A stretch of DNA of 64,000 bases. Source: the human T2T-CHM13v2.0 reference genome, Homo sapiens. A model generated the notes under the pieces. It worked only from the letters and a program-made list of their open reading frames with translations, was not told the origin of the DNA and did not search any database. The DNA lies in NCBI RefSeq assembly GCF_009914755.1, contig NC_060931.1, one strand, 5' to 3'. The position numbers and the translations under genes are program-made. Each line of letters opens with the position of its first letter. The stretch's first letter is position 1. Shown here in pieces: positions 27,218-40,880 of the stretch.

Positions 27218-28885
27218 AAGAAAGTGTGTTTCTGTTGTGGTTTCCTTTCACTCCAAATATTTCCACAGCTTTGCCCATCCACAGGTGGTCTATCACAAAC
27301 TTAATTCTCATTGTCATGCTTATTAACTGTAGAAACTTGATGTTAGAAGTTACTAGAGACTCTGTTCCATTTATGAGCAATGCCCCTGCCATTCCAGATC
27401 TCTGACTAGGGTTGCAGAGGTGCTCCCACCTGCCCGCCAGGACTACAACTGTTTGACACTGCCGTGTTCTGGATTTTGTTTCTCTAAGATCAACACTTGA
27501 CCTCTGAGCTAGGAGGAGTCCTTCATAACAATAATATTAATATACTCCAACTTGAAACATTCCCATCAGATTGTGGTTGATATGTTACCCTCTTAAGCTC
27601 TCAATCTTCCTATTTATGTCACCTACCAATTCTCATTCTTATTTCACTCAGTAAGCTTTTGTATTATAAACATAATGTCTTCCCCTAAGCATGTCATTAT
27701 TCTTGGTAATATCAGCCTCTATGTGACTGTCTCATTCAACACCTGACCTTTGATTTTCTTTACTTTCTCATTGCAGATGGCATTTTCTTGTGCTCTGTCT
27801 CACAATCACTCCCCTGGTTGTTAGCTTCTGGAACTTGTGATTATCAGAAGCTACACAGTAACTTAATTTTCCAAAACTGACATCACACTTTCTGATCAGT
27901 TTTTAACATTCATCCTGATTTCTGGTCCATGAAATTCAAACTCCTTATCCTGCTCTACAAAGTCTCATCTGATCAAAGGTTATATCTGCTCTTTCTATGC
28001 TAAGGTTAAATCCACACCTTCCACTTTCCCCATTGGAACCCATGCTGTCTCATCTAATCAAGGACTTTTTCCCACTTAACCACTCTGTCTTATATCAGTG
28101 TTCTCCATCTACATAATCATTTCCATTAACATGTTGTCGTATTTCCATCTGAAAAAGCAAAATCAAAAACAACAAAAAACTTCCTTGATCCCACATTTCC
28201 TTTGTTCCTCTTGAAAGCAAAACTCTTCAAAAGATGTCTGTAATCATTGACTCTACCTCCTCTTCTCCCCCCATTCCTTTTGATCCTTTTCCAATTAAGC
28301 TCTTGTTTGCACTGCTCTAAGGAAACTTCTCTTGGCAAATTTCCTAATGTAGAAAAAGAGTTTTATAACTTCTGCAATACTAATTCATCCTTGACTAAAA
28401 ATTGGACTTGAAGCCACAGACAAGAGACTTCAATTAACATTTATCAGAAACCTCGAATAGAATTTGAAGGATCTTAACCGAGACGCTTGGAGAAGACAGT
28501 GCTGTTACTTAGCCTATATAACGGGTATGATTACATAAGAAAAAATGTTTTCAAGTCATCACATACATGTATTTTTCATAAAATTTAATTTAAATTTATA
28601 TTTTCTCTGCCTAATTTCATAGAGTTGTGTCTAAGTGTATTTGCTAAGAACTCTCAAGTAATGCTAAAAGGGTTACTTTATTGTTTCCAAAGACTGTGAA
28701 TGTAAACTTTAAAACTGCTAAGGTTTGTAGAGGTTTGTGACAGGAAATGACTTTTGTTAAAATATGTCCTATAAAAATAATTTAACTCATTTAGAGTGTA
28801 AATATGTTTGTTACAGGAAGTTATAATAGTTAATTAGCAATCTACACCACTGACTTTCTCTAATCTTATTCATAGTTAAGTGGCT

Positions 28886-28911
28886 TGACTTTGCTTATGA
28901 GTCAGCAAACA
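28886..28911 (+). promoter_or_regulatory. Tandem ARE/MARE-like motifs with an overlapping FOX-like motif
   Basis: TGACTTTGC at 28886-28894 and TGAGTCAGC(AAACA) at 28898-28911. Motif match only. Confidence 0.3.
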
Positions 28912-29340
28912 TTTGATACCCTTTTTTTTCACTTTCTCCCTGAGTCCATTCGTAATAAAACTCGTGATTCGAAAAAAGCAATACATAATGAGATTTGTTT
29001 TCCTATCACTGACTTCTACTTTCCCAAATCTAATGGATAATTCACACCTAACTTATGTGGCTTCTTAGCTAATCATTTCTACTTTCCCAAAGCCTTTCTT
29101 CATGTTCTTCTGATTTTCCAATGACTATATTGGCTGCTCCTTCTCACACTTCTTCATCAAAGCCTCTTCATCCTCCCCAACCTCCCCACTGGGATCATAC
29201 CTAATTAGTCTTCTTTTCACTAACTTTTGTCAGTTCAGTCCTATCTATGCAATTCAAATTTAATAGCTCCAGGATTCACCTCTTCTCTGAACTCCTGAAC
29301 CATGTTCCAATCACTGCTCAGCTTTTCCCTTTGGCATCTT

Positions 29341-29624
29341 AGGCGGAGTCTTGCTCTGTCACTCAGGCTGGACTGCAGTGGCGTGATCTCGGATCACTGC
29401 AACCTCCGCCTCCTAGGTTCAAGTGATTCTCATGCCTCAGCCTCCTGAATAGCTGGGATTACAGGCATGCGCCACCATGCCTAACTAAGTTTTTTGTATT
29501 TTTAAATAAAGATGGTGTTTCACCATGTTGGCCAGTCTGGTCTGCAACTCCTGACCTCAGGTGATCTGCCCACCTTGGCCTTCCAAAGTGCTGAGATTAC
29601 AGGCGTGAGCTACTGCACCCGGCC
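29341..29624 (-). mobile_element. AluS element lacking its poly(A) tail
   Basis: The antisense Alu starts directly at aggcggagtcttgctctg with no T-run. Confidence 0.92.
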
Positions 29625-29650
29625 CAAACCTCCCATTTTTCTAACCTAAA

Positions 29651-29936
29651 CCCCTTCCTTCCTTCCTTCCTTCTTTCCTTCCCTCCTTCCTTCCTTCCTT
29701 CCTTCCTTCCTTCCTTCCTTCCTTCCTTCTTCCCTTCCCTTCCCTTCCTTCCCTTCCCTTACCTTCCCTTCCCTTCCCTTCCCTCCCTTCCCTTCCCTTT
29801 CCTTCCTTCCTTCCTTCCTTCCTTCCTTCCTTCCTTCCTTCCTTCCTTCCTTCCCTCCCTCCTTCCCTCCTTCCTTCCCTCCCTCCCTCCATCCTTCCTA
29901 CCTTCCTTCCTTCCTTCCTTTCTCTCTCTCTCTCTC
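29651..29936. repeat. (CCTT)n/(CCCTT)n/(CT)n polypyrimidine microsatellite
   Basis: About 285 bp of nearly pure pyrimidines. Confidence 0.95.
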
Positions 29937-30490
29937 ACTGTCTGTTTCTCAAGTATGTAATTTATCAGCTTGATATCAACTACTTTACCTCTCATACTCA
30001 TTATTATTAACAATATACTACAAAATTATATTCCCTCTGCATCTAAAATCCATGCATCTAAAATCTGACCACTCATTTCACTCTTCATGCTATCACCATG
30101 GTCTTAACTGCCATCATTTCTTGGCTGGACCATGCGTTTACTTTCATTCCATTGTCAAGTATGACCTCAAGTGATCGTTTTAGAATATAGATTATTTCAC
30201 TCTCTCATTTAAAACCATCCCATGGAATTTCAACATGTTGAAATTATAATAAAAATAATTGCTATGGCCTATAAGACTATTAGTGACTTGGCAATGGCTA
30301 TCTCTTAAATTCCAGCCACACTAGCCTTTTTGTTGCCTCTCAAGAGAGACTGTTCTTACCTTATTTCATTTGCACACACTATATCTTCTATCCTGAAATC
30401 TCTTTTCATAGTCATTTAGATGGATAATTCTCTCAGTTTACTTCTCTTTAAACATTACCTCCTCAAAGTGGACTGTCCCAAACAATGTTT

Positions 30491-30729
30491 AGTTTTTCTT
30501 TATTTTGAGACAGGGTCTATGTCACTCAGGCTGAAGTTCAGTGGCATAATCACAGCTCACTGCAGCCCTGCCACAGGTATATACCACCACACCCAGTTAA
30601 TTTTTTAAGATGTTTTATAGAGATGAAGTCTGTTGCCCAGGCTGGTCTTGAATTCCTGGGCTCAAGCAATCTACCTGCCTCAACCTCCCAAAGTGTTGGG
30701 ATTACAGGCATGAGCCACTTTGCCCAGCC
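30491..30729 (-). mobile_element. AluJ with internal deletion
   Basis: J-type text (cagggtct, ctgggctcaagc). The right monomer lacks ~50 bp near 30568. TSD ccaaacaatgttt on both sides. Confidence 0.88.
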
Positions 30730-31321
30730 TCCAAACAATGTTTCTTAAGTAAAATCCTGTCGTTCTCTATCTTCGGAACCTGCTTTACTTCCTTAAATGC
30801 AATTCTTATTCTCTGATGTTACAATTCAATTTTAATATTGTTTATTTTATATTCATCTCTGTCACAATAACCTAAAGGACTTGTTCTTTTGGCTCACTGC
30901 TGTACTTACACTTAGAACAATGCCTGGCATTAAGTAAGAGCTTAATAAATACTTAATTGAATGCATGGCCTAGCCACTGTCAACTTCCATGCCTTCTTTC
31001 CTCTTGCACTAAGTTCTAGCCACATATGTCTCATTTTAATTCTCTTATGTTATTAGTCTTGTCATTTCAAACCCTTTGCTAATGTATTCACCTCTACCTG
31101 AAGCAATGTCCCTTTTTCCAAACTTTTTTTTTCTTTTTATGGTTGATTTAATATATTTCAAATATTTGGCTTAAAAATTACTCTGCATTACAGCCAGGCA
31201 TGATTGCCAATATAACATCCATTGCTCTCACTATTCTTTTATGTTGTTTTGTTTCACACTATTGTTATTATTTGCTTTTTAAGTTGTTCAGTGTCTATAT
31301 CCTCCATACTAAAATATCCTC

Positions 31322-31681
31322 TGTCATGATTTGAATGTCGCCTCCAAAACACATGTTGAAATTTAATCGACATTGTGATAGTATCAAGAAGAGGGACATT
31401 TAAGAGGTGATTCATGAGAATCATGAGAGCTCCATCTTAATGAATGGATTAATGCCATTATCTCCAGAGTGAGCTCCAGATAAAAGGATAAGTTTGGCCC
31501 GCATTTTCTTTCTCTGTCTCACCATGTGATACCTTGTGCCATGGGATAGCCCTTGCTAGATGCTGGTACCATGCTCATGAATCTCCCAGCCTGCAGAATG
31601 GTGAGCCAAATAACCTTCTGTTCTTTATAAATTACCCAGTCTTTGGTATTCAGTTATACCATCACAAAATGAACTGAGAAA
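31322..31681 (+). mobile_element. MST (MSTC/D-like) MaLR solo LTR
   Basis: '...catgttgaaatttaatc...aatggattaatgcc...ataaattacccagtct'; TSD tcctc/acctc. Confidence 0.82.
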
Positions 31682-32222
31682 ACCTCTATATAAACAGTGA
31701 TTATATCTGCATCACTCATCAATGTGAATAGCATTGTGAATATATACCCGGGCAGAAATTATGCACTAAATAAATGTCTATTGAAAAAACAAATATACAA
31801 AAGAGTGGTGGGGCCAAAGAGACTACTAACATCAATCACCTGTGATGTCAAGACAACTTATCCTCTAAACTCTAAGGTCTTTTTCTTTTTTCTTGTCTTT
31901 TTGAACTCAGTCTACCAGGCTCCAGTCTCTATTCTTCTTTCTTCAATTAATTTTAGTTTTTGTATTTTATTATACTTTCTTATTCTTCCTTATCACTGGG
32001 CTTGAACTCACCCCAAATTTAGGAAACAAAATTCAGAGTTTTGTCACATTCTGTACAGAAGAATGACATTGTGCAACATGGCCTTGGGCCTACCTCCTTT
32101 TCTAGGGCTCTGCATGTAAGAACAGAGACGAAGTAAAGAGATTCTATTACTAATTCTAGAATAATAAATGCCTTTTCCTATTTATGCACACATAAAAAGA
32201 TGACTAAAGTGGTCCCTTAGAA

Positions 32223-32521
32223 CAGTGTTCTTAAAGTATTTTTGAGGGATGTCCCACATTCTTTAATACATGTCATGTCACAGCCCAATTCGTACCCAAA
32301 TATGCAATTGTTTATATGTGCACATGCAAACACAATTTGAAGAAGTTTTATGAAAATATTTTCTTACTACATGTCCATGTATTCTTATATTTTTACTTCT
32401 CTCTTTTTTCCTCATTTCCTTTCTAGGTTACTTAAAACATGTAATTAGGACTCACTAAATTAGGTTTATGACCCACCAATGGGCTCCCAACCTTCTCTAC
32501 ACTTACATTTGAAAACCATTG
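32223..32521. mobile_element. Probable old hAT-Charlie fragment
   Basis: Termini cagtgttcttaaa...tttgaaaaccattg form a degenerate TIR pair. Confidence 0.4.
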
Positions 32522-32688
32522 CTTTTGAAGATACAGGAGATCCATTCCTAGACTGCAAAGTACTCAGGTCTCTGTCACTATAGGAAGCAGCTGGCTGACT
32601 CTGATTTTAACACATACACACATATTTAGCTACGTAGACACAAACACAAATATTTCTCTTAATAATAGTCCTTGGAGGTAATCTTTAA

Positions 32689-33118
<430 letters not shown>

Positions 33119-33349
33119 AGAATTTGGGGAATGAGCCATGAGTTCTGCCAAGAAAGCTCTGGTGGAAGACACTCACTATTAAATTGTATAAGCTTAATTT
33201 ACCCAAAACTACTATGAAGTAGGCCTATAAAATTCAGATAAATCAACTGTAGTTGATGACCTGTCCCGTAGGCAAAACAATAATCAAATGTTTTGGTTGT
33301 CTTCTGTAATTCTCCCAGCTACTCAAACTACATTCTCCTTAAAATGTAA

Positions 33350-34013
33350 TGTTGTTGGGGCTTAGAAACTATACCCCAAAATGAAGGCCTCTAAAACAAT
33401 CTCAGAAGCAAAAGTTTCTGTCTGATTGTTTCCTGTCCTCCTGTCTCCCACCCCTCATTCTCCCCCGAGGCTAGTGAGAGTGACTAGATTCCTTCTTCCC
33501 CAGGGCGAGTCATGGGTACCAGAACTCCTTTCCCCCAAGCCAGCCACAAAACCCAAAAATATTACTGTAATGTTCCCCTCAGCTTTCTGTGTAAAACTGG
33601 CCATAAAGAAATGATCTGACCTATGTTGTTTGACTGTAGCTCATAAGACTCCCCAGTTCCAGAGAGGGTCCTGCCCCATACCCAAAATGCTGCCCAGAGA
33701 GGAAAAGAAGAACCTAAACACGCAGGTCTTGCTGTGTCTCCTAACTCAGTCTGTTAGCATTAGATCATAACCTTTTTGCCCAATCATATTTTTTCATGGC
33801 TGTACATATGTGTTAAGCACAGCATGAACCTGAGCACAAAAGTGGACAGTTTCCTCTGTATCTTTAGATCTTCCTTCTGAAGGCTCCTGTGTCATGTAAA
33901 ACTATGATTAAATAAATTTATATACTTTTTTTACCTATTAGTCTTTTTTTTTGTCAGTTGCTTTTCAGGGAACCTTCAGAGGGCAAAGGGGAAGTTTTCC
34001 CTTGGTCCCCACA
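33350..34013 (+). mobile_element. MER39-family ERV1 solo LTR
   Basis: tgttggggcttagaaactataccccaaaatgaaggcct...ggaagttttcccttggtccccaca; 4-bp TSD gtaa at 33346-33349 and 34014-34017. Confidence 0.8.
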
Positions 34014-34177
34014 GTAAGAATCAACTCTATAAAAATTAAAGAAACAAAACAGAATCTGTTTTAAAAGATCATTTTTAAAATTATACTTGTTTATTCAAGA
34101 AAAAGGTAAGGCACGTTGTAAAAATTTTACTAGAAAAACGTCATTAAAATGTGAAGTATATTTATATATTTTGTATT

Positions 34178-34260
34178 TAAAAATACAAAAAATTAGCTGG
34201 GCATGGTGGCGGGCTCCTGTAATCCCAGCTACTTGGGAGGCTGAGGTAGGAGAATTGTTT
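34178..34260 (+). mobile_element. Internal Alu fragment (linker plus part of right monomer), no tail or TSD
   Basis: taaaaatacaaaaaattagctgggc...gaggtaggagaattgttt flanked by non-Alu DNA. Confidence 0.9.
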
Positions 34261-35246
34261 AGCCAGATTTAATTTCATACTTAAGAGTTCATTTTTAAAG
34301 CATTGCCACTTAAAAATATTGTTTGATTTCTTTCCTTGTGCTCTTTCCCAATTTTGAAGAGTTCTGTTGTTTTAGGATCTACCATTCTTAGGGCAGGCTA
34401 TTATCTGATTGTTTAAATATAGTGACATGGAGTTTCAGGGGTACAAAAATCCAAAACCTGTTAAAGAGTTTTTCCCCTGACCTTTATTCCCCCTATATTC
34501 CAACCCCAAGAATATATGAGCATCTTTTCCACACTGCATTCAGCCACCTATCTTAAGACTGAAAACATCTCTTGTCTAAAATGTCAATGGTCTGAGCTGG
34601 CATTGGTTTCGTGTGTTGGAAAGAGAGTTTCAAAGGGGAGCACCTACCATTTATGGCCAAAATTCTTTAGAGAACTCCGAGCTCCCACTCCAGCAAATGG
34701 AAATGAGTGAAATGACCTCTGTCTTTTTAAAAGTAATCTTTTATAAACAAAAGCTTGCTAAATCCAAGATAAAGCTTACTCATAAACAGTCTTATGACAA
34801 AATTGCACTTGGCATCCTAATGTGGCAAACTGTTATTAAATCTTTTGAGTTTTCTTCTGCAAGTTTTAGAAAACAAAAGAACACAACTTTCCCAAAATAT
34901 ATAAGGAAAACATACATACCAAAGGGTCAAGTTGGTAGAGTTCCTAAATTAATGATCTTCAAGTAGGAGATTTGTTTATGCTGCTAAATTTCTCTCAACA
35001 TTTAGAGAGAAACAAAAATGTTAAGCAAATGTCCCTTAGAAACAAGGTATTCATGTTATCGACATTTTATTTTTTAAGAAGGAAAAATCATTAAAGGTAC
35101 AGGCAATTTAGAACTGGTTTTTTTTTTTTTTTCTAGAATATCACTTATACCAATTTTCTCAAAATGTGTTTTCTGAAAAACTTTGGTATGCTTATAGGTG
35201 AATTAATAAAAGATTTGGCCAATCTAATACAGTGATATTCATTCAC

Positions 35247-36330
<1,084 letters not shown>

Positions 36331-36489
36331 AGAAATGCCAAATGCATTGAAGATTATGATAAGACCATTTATAGAAGAGAAATGCTGAAAGATAATTAAC
36401 ATGAAAGATGCCAAATGAAGTGTTTCGCACTCATTAGATATTCAAATATTAAGTCAGACAGAGCAAGGAAGGGGAAACAAGATGTTCCT

Positions 36490-36880
36490 GGACTGCAGAT
36501 GGCGGTATTGTAGGCGGAAGTTTGGCAATACCTAAAGATGCTGAACATGCACATACTCCATGACCCAGCAGTCTCACTTCTTGGCTTATGTCCAAGAGAA
36601 ATTCTGGCATAAACATATATGAAGACTTCTTATTGAAAGCTTGTGGCACATAATACTGAAAAAAGAGAAACATTGCCAAAGTTGCCAATAGAGAAATGAA
36701 TGTATACTTTATAGTAGATTTGGGTGGTGGAACACTTTACAGCTGTTAAAATAAATAAATAAGATTTATATTTAGCAACATGGCTAGAACTAAAATAATG
36801 TTGCATGACAAAGAAAAACAGAATGAAAAATGTTACATGGTATATAATGCCCGCAAAACGTAATGCCAAATATTATTTAT
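36490..36880 (+). mobile_element. Old L1ME-like 3' fragment
   Basis: 'catgacccagcagtctcacttcttggcttatgtccaagagaaattc' resembles the L1 ORF2 C-terminal region. Confidence 0.55.
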
Positions 36881-38392
36881 GAATACACTTACATAAAGTA
36901 AAAGGTAAAGTAAAATTAGTATGGATATATATCAAATTTAATGACAATAACTGTTTTGATGGTAGAGGATAGGGACTGAACCTATAATGCACATATTAGG
37001 GATTCCAAATTTACCTGTGTCATTTACTCCTCAATAAATAGAGGAAACTGATGTTACAATTCTGTAAGACTTGGGTATTTTGATATCGCTTGCATAAAGA
37101 TTGTTATAATATTTTAGTAATATGATATTTTGTAAAAACATGTAAATAAATAGTAAAAAAGTGAATGTGAGTTTATAAGTTGTATGTAAACATTCTTGAA
37201 CTACAAGTGAAAAACTAATTGCAAAAATAAACAGATTGCAATGAAAAAGCTAGTAAGTAACAAGAAACAAAAGCTACCAAACTCTCAGCCATAACTAATA
37301 GTTAGGGGTTTGGGAGTGAGGGTATAAAGGAAGGAGGAGAAGGAAGAAGGGAGAAGTCAGAATAAATTTATAGCATTCTATGAGTATCTTCTTGTCTCAA
37401 TCTTATTAAAATCATCAAACATCTAGCAAGATAGTAATCTTCACAAAGTCAAAATACCAGTGTAAACCGAATTCCAGAAAGTTAAAACAAGCCCCAGTGT
37501 ACAAAATGTTCTTTTACCTTTAGAGCATTTAAACATGCATAAAAGTAGGGAAGACAGAAATTTAGACTTAGAATACGACCAACAGGAGATCCTCCACAGA
37601 ATAAGCCGATACTGCAAAAGGTAAGAGTGAACCCCAGGGCTGCTGTGGCACCGCTGTTGGGGCACTGTTCATGCAGTTTTCCATGTCAATAGTGCCTGCT
37701 GGGCTATGCAATGTGTCAGTATTGGGAGAAAGAAGTAAAAATGTCTCCATCAACCACCTCTTAAGGAAAGTTGTGGAGAGGCAGAAAGGAATAAAGATTC
37801 AAGAAAGCAGTGAACATGTGTACATTTAAATGAGCAATAGCTGTGCAAAAGAACAGTAATAGTGGGAATAAGTAAAGAAGGATGTAAATGAAGTCAAAGT
37901 ATTCAAATTTCTTTGTGCTATTTGGGAGGAGAGTGAAAGTACTGGACAATAAGTGCTCTCTAGGTGGGAAGGGAAGTGGGAGGAAGGTGCTAGGAGGGAG
38001 AAAATAGCATAGGCAAAGTTTCAAATTAAATTTAAAATTTAAAGCATCTGTTATGTGTATATATTTGTGTATTGAGGAATATACAAAAGAATGATCACTA
38101 GAATTAATGTTTTTTATCCCTCTGATGGATTTCATTGGATACCATGTTCCAGGCACTGTTCTAGGAATTGATTTAGAAATGACTTAAGAAAAAGACATGC
38201 TTTCTAAGACAACACTTTCCAGAGAGTTATCGTAGAAAAGTGGACTTACAGATAACTTTTTCATTTCTTTCTGCTATTTTTAATTTATAATTTAATGGGA
38301 ACAATTTCAATAATAATTTAAAATAAAGCCATTTTTATTAAAAGATAACAAATTATTTGCTTTAAAAATGGCATTTAAATTTGAAATAAAAA

Positions 38393-40012
38393 ATCACATT
38401 TATTGATTTTCATATGTTGAACCAACCTTGCATCCAGGGAATGAAGCCTACTTGATTATGATGGATTAGCTTTTTGATGTGCTGTTGGATTTGGTTTGCA
38501 AGTATTTTGTTGAGGAGTTTTGCATTGATGTTCATCAAGAACATTGGCCTGAAATTTTCTTTTTTATTGTGTCTCTGCCAGCTTTTGGTATCAAGGTGAT
38601 GCTGGCCTCATATACTGAGTTGCAAAGAAGTCCCTCCTCCTCAATTTTTTGTAATAGTTTCCGTAGGAATGGTACCAGCTCTTCTTTGTACATATGGTAG
38701 AATTCAGCTGTGAATCCATCAGGTCCTGTGCTTTTTTTGGTTGGTAGGCTATTTATTACTGATTCAATTTGGGGGCTTATTATTGATCTGTTCAGGCATA
38801 GGCGGAAAATTGAAGTTGGACTCCTTCCTTACACCATATACAGAAATCAACTCAAGATGGATTAAAGGCTTAAATGTAAAACCAAAACTATAAAACCCTA
38901 TGAGACAACCTAGGCAATACCATCTTGGACGTAGGAATGGGCAAAGGTTTCCTGACAAAGACACCAAAAGCAATCACAACAAAACCAAATACTGACAAAT
39001 GGGGTATAATTAAACTAAAGGGCTTCTTCACAGCAAAAGAAATAAACTATCAACAGGGTAAACAGACAACCTACAGAATGGGAGAAAATATTTGCAAACT
39101 ATGCATCTGACAAAGGTCTAATATCCAGCATCTATAAGAACTTAAGCAAATTTACAATAAAAAAGCAAACAACCCCATAAAAAAGTGGGCAAAGGACATG
39201 AACAAACACTTCGCAAAAGAAGACATACATGTGGCCAATAAGTTTATGAAGAAAAAAGCTCAATATCACTGATCATTAGAGAAATGCAAATGAAAATCAC
39301 AATGAGATATCATCTCACGCTAGTCAGAATGGCTATTTTTAAATGGTCAAAAAATAACAGTTGCTGGTGAGGGTGCAGAAAAACGATAATCCTTATGCGC
39401 TGTTGGTAGGAGTGTAAATTAGGTCAACCATTGCGAAAAGCAGTATGATGATTCCTCAAAGAGCTAAAAGCAGAACTGCCATTTGACCCAGCAGTCCCAT
39501 TATTGGGTATATACAGAGGAATATAATGCATTCTACCATAAACACATGTATGTTTATTGCAGCACTATTTACAATAACAAAGAAGTTGAATCAACCTAAA
39601 TGCTCATCAATGACAGAATGGATAAAGAAAATGTGGTACATATACACCATGGAATATTATGCAGCCATAAAAAAGAACAAGATCATATCTTTTGTGGGAA
39701 CATGGATGGAGCTGGAGGTTATCATCCTTAGCAAACTAACACAGGAACAGAAAACCAAATACAGCATGTTCTCACTTTAAGTGGGAGCTAATGAAAAGAA
39801 CTTATGAACACAAAGAAGGAAACATTAGACACTGTGGTCTACTTGAGGGAGGAGGCTGGGAGAAGCGAGAGGAGCAGAAAAGATAACTATTGGGTACTGA
39901 GCTTAATACCTGGATGATGTAATCATGTGTACAACAACCCCCCTCCGATGACACGTTTATTTGTGTAACAAACTTTCACATGTATCCTCAAACCTAAAAT
40001 TAAAAAAGAAAA
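38393..40012 (+). mobile_element. L1PA13-16-like LINE-1 with inverted 5' segment
   Basis: Antisense RT segment at 38393-38796 joins sense ORF2 3' end (MWYIYTMEYYAAIKK), 3' UTR and short A tail at ~40003-40012. Confidence 0.9.
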
Positions 40013-40020
40013 ATTATCAA

Positions 40021-40265
40021 CACTGTCAGCCCTCCATATCTATGCATTCTTCATCCATGCATTCAATCAACTGTGAATAAAAAATATTTTTAAAAATAAA
40101 TGAAAACAACACTGTAACACAAGTAATGTAAACAATTGCAGTATAAGATCTATCTACTTAGCATTTACATTGTATTAAGTATTATAAGTAATCTAGAGAT
40201 GATTTAATGTATATGGGAGTATGTGTACAGTTTATGTGCAAATACTTCATGTCCAAAACTTGGAT
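40021..40265. mobile_element. MER2/Tigger-family fragment
   Basis: 'agcatttacattgtattaagtattataagtaatctagagatgattta' MER2 core. Confidence 0.75.
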
Positions 40266-40324
40266 GTTAGCTAAATATGTTACAAATACTGTAATTTTAA
40301 ACAGGAAAATACCATGTTCTTGAT

Positions 40325-40545
40325 CAGAAATCAGCACACTACAACATGTGGACCAAATCTGAACCATTGCTGGTGTTTACAAATAAAGTTTTATTGAAAA
40401 ACAGCCATGCCAATACATTTAAGTGTTATCAATTTCTCTTTTTGTGTTACAATGACAGAGTTGAGTAGCTGTAATACAGACCAGGTGGCACTTAAAGTCT
40501 GAAATATTTACTATCTGGCTTTTTACAGAAAACGTTGCTAATGCT
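40325..40545. mobile_element. MER58A MITE
   Basis: 'aaataaagttttattgaaaaacagccatgc...gagttgagtagctgtaa...aatatttactatctggc'. Confidence 0.8.
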
Positions 40546-40699
40546 TTGTCTTCATGAATATAAAAGTAAAAATATGTTTTCAGTTTAATGTAAAAACAAA
40601 AATATATTTTTAGTTCATCCCCACAATATGATCCCCTCACTTTTCCCTGTGAGCTATGTATCCATACAAAACACGCACATTCATAAACACGTAGCTAAC

Positions 40700-40880
40700 A
40701 TCCATTGAGTAGTACGTGTCAAGTATTTGTTTAAGAAATTTATGTGTATGATTCACTTGATTCTCACAGCAATCTCATGCATTGTTATTTTGCTTTACAA
40801 ATAAACTGAGGCTTTGGGAAACCATATAATTTGCACAAGATGACACAACTAGTTCAGTGACATATGTGGGATCTTAAAAT
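40700..40880 (-). mobile_element. MIR SINE
   Basis: 'ttctcacagcaatctc...tttacaaataaactgaggc' core. Confidence 0.6.

Larger units (their letters stand above)
27590..31260 (+). mobile_element. Discontinuous L2 LINE fragments, interrupted by Alus, a microsatellite and unique DNA
   Basis: Pyrimidine-rich L2-like text; L2 3' end 'ttagaacaatgcctggca...gcttaataaatacttaattgaatg' at ~30910-30965. Confidence 0.6.

Noticed and set aside
29641-30013. EGRK-repeat ORFs
   Set aside because: Translation of the (GGAA)n microsatellite.
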